Source: Felis catus (taxonomy: Eukaryota). Taken from it: a stretch of DNA of 64,000 bases. Of the stretch, positions 63,808-64,000 are shown piece by piece. The DNA is taken from assembly GCF_018350175.1 (NCBI RefSeq), contig NC_058369.1, positions 25,546,001 to 25,610,000 of the forward strand. The letters run 5' to 3'. The number at the start of each line of letters is the position of its first letter. The stretch's first letter is position 1. The notes beneath the pieces were generated by a model. It was given only the letters and a program-made list of their open reading frames with translations, searched no databases and was not told the DNA's origin. The position numbers and the translations under genes were made by a program.

Positions 63808-63968
63808 AATATTGTAATTAAAAGATTCTTACCTTGATCCGTAAAATCAACTCTTGAATCCCTATAGTCCGGGCTTTTTCTACATAAGATATCAGATCCA
63901 TCATCTCTTCTGTTGTCTCAGGGACTTTTAATGCGTGTTCTTTAATTGCTTCAAAATCACTGCAGATA
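10427..63968 (-). CDS. DNAH12: Axonemal dynein heavy chain 12, internal part (22 coding exons; tail end, linker, AAA1, AAA2); gene extends beyond both window ends
   Basis: 22 exons with GT/AG ends splice with matching phases into one stop-free frame. Dynein motifs present: [77 protein letters not shown]. Paralog call rests on recalled DNAH12-type peptides ([29 protein letters not shown]). Confidence 0.88.
11120..11203 (-). CDS. DNAH12: DNAH12 exon U (84 nt)
   Basis: [28 protein letters not shown]; ctttAG / GTAAGT. Confidence 0.93.
11397..11514. repeat. Perfect 59-bp tandem duplication within a MIR-like relic
   Basis: taaactcggttaatttctctcccatagagttaggcgggaggagaactacatgacatact at 11397-11455 and 11456-11514. 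Confidence 0.95.
13800..14027. mobile_element. MER3/MER33-like hAT-Charlie DNA transposon relic
   Basis: gcactagccaaatttcaaatgctcaataaccaca...catttccattattgcagaaagtt...ggacagtgctg resembles recalled consensus. Confidence 0.6.
15649..15868 (+). mobile_element. Young CpG-rich felid SINE (SINEC_Fc-like) inserted in the tail of an older minus-strand SINE (about 15623-16082)
   Basis: ggggcgcctgggtggcgcagtcggttaagcgtccgac...; TSD aaatgtttatttattttt. Confidence 0.9.
16534..16674 (-). CDS. DNAH12: DNAH12 exon T (141 nt)
   Basis: [47 protein letters not shown]. Confidence 0.95.
16800..16983 (-). CDS. DNAH12: DNAH12 exon S (184 nt), AAA2 P-loop
   Basis: T+[16 protein letters not shown]...[20 protein letters not shown]. 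Confidence 0.94.
17292..19610 (+). mobile_element. MaLR (MLT1-like) element: 5' LTR, internal region, partial 3' LTR
   Basis: agcatga...gaaataaacctttgttt occurs near 17600-17630 and again near 19523-19550; gaaattagttcccagaagggg near 17731 resembles the MLT1-int start. Confidence 0.55.
19700..19809 (-). CDS. DNAH12: DNAH12 exon R (110 nt)
   Basis: [36 protein letters not shown]+GG. Confidence 0.93.
21179..23085 (+). mobile_element. MER21-like LTR interrupted by nested SINEs and a solo LTR
   Basis: cccagttcctggcacagagctcc...gtgataggagtgtc matches recalled MER21; resumes after duplicated cctgagttgtatccttta (about 21606 and 22792). Confidence 0.7.
21800..22627 (+). mobile_element. Solo ERV1-type LTR inserted into a SINE, itself carrying a SINE (about 21880-22085)
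   Basis: Imperfect inverted ends tatgatagga / tcctgcaaca; TATAAAA 22418-22424; AATAAA 22524-22529; splits SINE motif gggatc-atga-cctgag with degenerate 4-bp TSD (atta/aaga). Confidence 0.75.
23432..24826 (+). mobile_element. 5'-truncated LINE-1
   Basis: ORF2 C-terminal peptides ([33 protein letters not shown]) plus 3' UTR; degenerate TSD. Confidence 0.9.
25674..25793 (-). CDS. DNAH12: DNAH12 exon Q (120 nt)
   Basis: [40 protein letters not shown]. Confidence 0.94.
26367..26612 (-). CDS. DNAH12: DNAH12 exon P (246 nt)
   Basis: [26 protein letters not shown]...[13 protein letters not shown]...NENEDIL. Confidence 0.95.
26955..27194 (-). CDS. DNAH12: DNAH12 exon O (240 nt), AAA1 Walker B / sensor I
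   Basis: [26 protein letters not shown]...[17 protein letters not shown]. Confidence 0.96.
27320..27572 (+). mobile_element. Short L1 3' end
   Basis: gatgggctaaatgggtaagg...ctactcctgaa; TSD aaaaagaatgt on both sides. Confidence 0.8.
27703..27855 (-). CDS. DNAH12: DNAH12 exon N (153 nt), AAA1 Walker A
   Basis: [51 protein letters not shown]. Confidence 0.96.
29430..30335. mobile_element. LTR16-like (ERVL) LTR interrupted by a second, minus-strand LTR-like element (about 29590-30062)
   Basis: tataaaagccaggccccttgcctt...tctctgcttctagagaac resembles recalled LTR16; the inner segment has a minus-strand TATAAAA near 29744-29750. Confidence 0.5.
30402..30583. mobile_element. MER53-like palindromic hAT MITE
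   Basis: Ends tagggttgc / gcaacctta; internal inverted blocks aaatacag...aaatttgaatttca versus tgaaattcaaattt...ctgtattt. Confidence 0.75.
31592..31764 (-). CDS. DNAH12: DNAH12 exon M (173 nt)
   Basis: GT+[17 protein letters not shown]...[23 protein letters not shown]. Confidence 0.95.
31994..32150 (-). CDS. DNAH12: DNAH12 exon L (157 nt)
   Basis: [52 protein letters not shown]+G. Confidence 0.93.
32693..32812 (-). CDS. DNAH12: DNAH12 exon K (120 nt)
   Basis: [40 protein letters not shown]. Confidence 0.93.
33117..33327 (-). mobile_element. Young felid SINE (SINEC_Fc-like)
   Basis: Perfect 19-bp TSD agaagttgtcaagttttct at 33098-33116 and 33329-33347. Confidence 0.92.
35304..35586 (-). CDS. 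DNAH12: DNAH12 exon J (283 nt)
   Basis: T+[33 protein letters not shown]...IAAARL; 99-nt intron upstream. Confidence 0.94.
35686..35807 (-). CDS. DNAH12: DNAH12 exon I (122 nt)
   Basis: [40 protein letters not shown]+CG; not in the ORF track. Confidence 0.93.
36136..37285 (+). mobile_element. MER58-like hAT relic interrupted by an L1 tail and three stacked SINEs (36364-37075)
   Basis: gttggcaaa...ctgtgaactaagaat, then atggcagagttgagta...ctaaaatatttatcatctggtcc; TSD tgctgccagt around the L1 tail and ttgaaagaatt around the SINE stack. Confidence 0.7.
38712..38906 (-). CDS. DNAH12: DNAH12 exon H (195 nt)
   Basis: [35 protein letters not shown]...KKDPK. Confidence 0.93.
39253..39375 (+). mobile_element. 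MER20-like hAT relic
   Basis: cagtggttatcaacc...gggacatttgacaatgtctagagacattt...tgtcacaactg...ggtgctact. Confidence 0.7.
39695..39895 (-). CDS. DNAH12: DNAH12 exon G (201 nt)
   Basis: [15 protein letters not shown]...[13 protein letters not shown]; tttAG / GTATGT. Confidence 0.93.
40325..40572 (+). mobile_element. Short L1 3' end
   Basis: Same 3' UTR as the copies near 42420-42660 and 54520-54720; degenerate TSD aagaataatn...tagtttt. Confidence 0.8.
41009..41194 (-). CDS. DNAH12: DNAH12 exon F (186 nt)
   Basis: [24 protein letters not shown]...ISAGASK; follows a 16.3 kb intron. Confidence 0.92.
41874..41916. repeat. (CATA)n microsatellite
   Basis: Seen directly, next to the 5' TSD of the transducing L1. 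Confidence 0.95.
41931..43051 (+). mobile_element. 5'-truncated LINE-1 with 3'-transduced non-L1 sequence
   Basis: L1 body 41931-42687, then about 360 nt of non-L1 DNA; the whole unit is flanked by TSD aaaagatatgggga (41917-41930, 43052-43065). Confidence 0.85.
44800..48840 (+). mobile_element. Old fragmented LINE-1 (L1M-type) hosting SINEs and retrocopies
   Basis: Degenerate ORF2 pieces (gagttcagcaagattgcaggatacaa; aaaacttctgtgcttcaaa; caaaccacaatgagataccact) and an old-type 3' UTR. Confidence 0.7.
46053..46818 (+). pseudogene. Retrocopy of an unidentified mRNA 3' end, with an internal SINE (about 46496-46712)
   Basis: Perfect 18-bp TSD taaaagacaatccacaga (46035-46052, 46819-46836); AATAAA 46777-46782; A-rich tail from 46804. 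Confidence 0.75.
50417..50523 (+). pseudogene. RNU6: U6 snRNA retropseudogene (full length)
   Basis: gtgctcacttcggcagcacatatactaaaactggaacgatacagagcagattagc...gttccatatttt; about 9 substitutions versus recalled U6; a SINE lies directly upstream rather than a PSE/TATA promoter. Confidence 0.93.
50648..50691. repeat. (AAT)n microsatellite, probably the decayed U6 retrocopy tail
   Basis: Seen directly, after the duplicated U6 3' end. Confidence 0.9.
51690..52420. mobile_element. L2-like ancient LINE relic
   Basis: tcagggaaggcttcctgga...tttgagcaaagatttt...tttgaggagaggagtaacttgatctgactta pattern. Confidence 0.55.
52470..52693 (+). mobile_element. Young felid SINE (SINEC_Fc-like)
   Basis: CpG-rich body; perfect TSD aagagagttagggta at 52454-52468 and 52694-52708. 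Confidence 0.92.
53310..55025 (+). mobile_element. 5'-truncated LINE-1 (SINE in its tail) inserted in an older L1
   Basis: ORF2 C-terminal peptides; TSD aattaacaa(c/t)atttgga at 53293-53309 and 55026-55042. Confidence 0.9.
57498..57741 (-). CDS. DNAH12: DNAH12 exon E (244 nt)
   Basis: G+[12 protein letters not shown]...MEQIKVFK; phase matches exon D; tccAG / GTATGA. Confidence 0.92.
58477..58670 (-). CDS. DNAH12: DNAH12 exon D (194 nt)
   Basis: [12 protein letters not shown]...LKWQRTEK+CG; tttcAG / GTAATT. Confidence 0.92.
59019..59153 (-). CDS. DNAH12: DNAH12 exon C (135 nt)
   Basis: [10 protein letters not shown]...AELDRMQQ; acceptor ttaaaaAG, donor CAG|GTGTGG. Confidence 0.88.
59839..60557 (-). 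pseudogene. Retrocopy of an unidentified mRNA 3' end (about 720 nt)
   Basis: Perfect 16-bp TSD tagttctgacctcttt (59823-59838, 60558-60573); minus-strand AATAAA at 59864-59869; T run to 59844; no repeat family recognised. Confidence 0.8.
60758..60883 (-). CDS. DNAH12: DNAH12 exon B (126 nt)
   Basis: [42 protein letters not shown]; ttttgtAG acceptor, GAG|GTGAAT donor. Confidence 0.9.
62031..62112 (+). mobile_element. Extremely truncated (about 80 nt) young L1 3' end
   Basis: Nearly identical to 9514-9585 of the full-length L1; perfect TSD aagaattaaaataca (62016-62030, 62113-62127). Confidence 0.9.
63833..63968 (-). CDS. DNAH12: DNAH12 exon A (136 nt)
   Basis: (t)[45 protein letters not shown]; donor AAG|GTAAGA; acceptor gtcAG is purine-rich, so the 5' boundary is less certain. 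Confidence 0.8.
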
Positions 63969-64000
63969 CTGACACAATGCTCTGCTTTACTATGGTTACA

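Larger units (their letters stand above)
503..63808. repeat. About 55 dispersed CAN-SINE copies in both orientations (manual count, approximate)
   Basis: Recurrent head gggg(c/t)(g/a)cctgggtggctcagt, body gctctgtgctgacagctcagagcctggagcctg, CT tract and A-rich tail; explains the many MAQLVK.../AQVMIS... ORFs. Confidence 0.93.

Noticed and set aside
10427..63968. Possibility that this dynein is a pseudogene or lacks exons, especially across the 16.3 kb intron 41195-57497
   Set aside because: All 22 exons join in phase without stops, and the peptide reads continuously across the large intron (...[19 protein letters not shown]...).

Overview
Mammalian genomic DNA, inferred to be felid from abundant cat-type CAN-SINEs and LINE-1. 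The whole window lies inside an axonemal dynein heavy chain gene on the minus strand, best matching DNAH12. I traced 22 consecutive GT-AG coding exons (63968 down to 10427) that splice into one uninterrupted frame of 3739 nt (1 nt + 1246 codons), covering the tail end/linker, AAA1 (GPAGTGKT) and AAA2. Both gene ends lie outside the window. The introns are packed with repeats: a full-length but inactivated LINE-1, many truncated L1s, about 55 tRNA-derived SINEs, several LTRs, hAT DNA-transposon relics and microsatellites. I found no convincing new multi-gene system. The most unusual signals are L1-mediated retroposition products: an L1 with an apparent two-step 3' transduction, two (possibly three) TSD-flanked retrocopies of unidentified mRNA 3' ends (one placing a sense poly(A) signal in a DNAH12 intron), a U6 retrocopy hit by SINEs at both ends, and deeply nested insertions. 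Family names and the gene identity come from recalled sequence, not from a database search.
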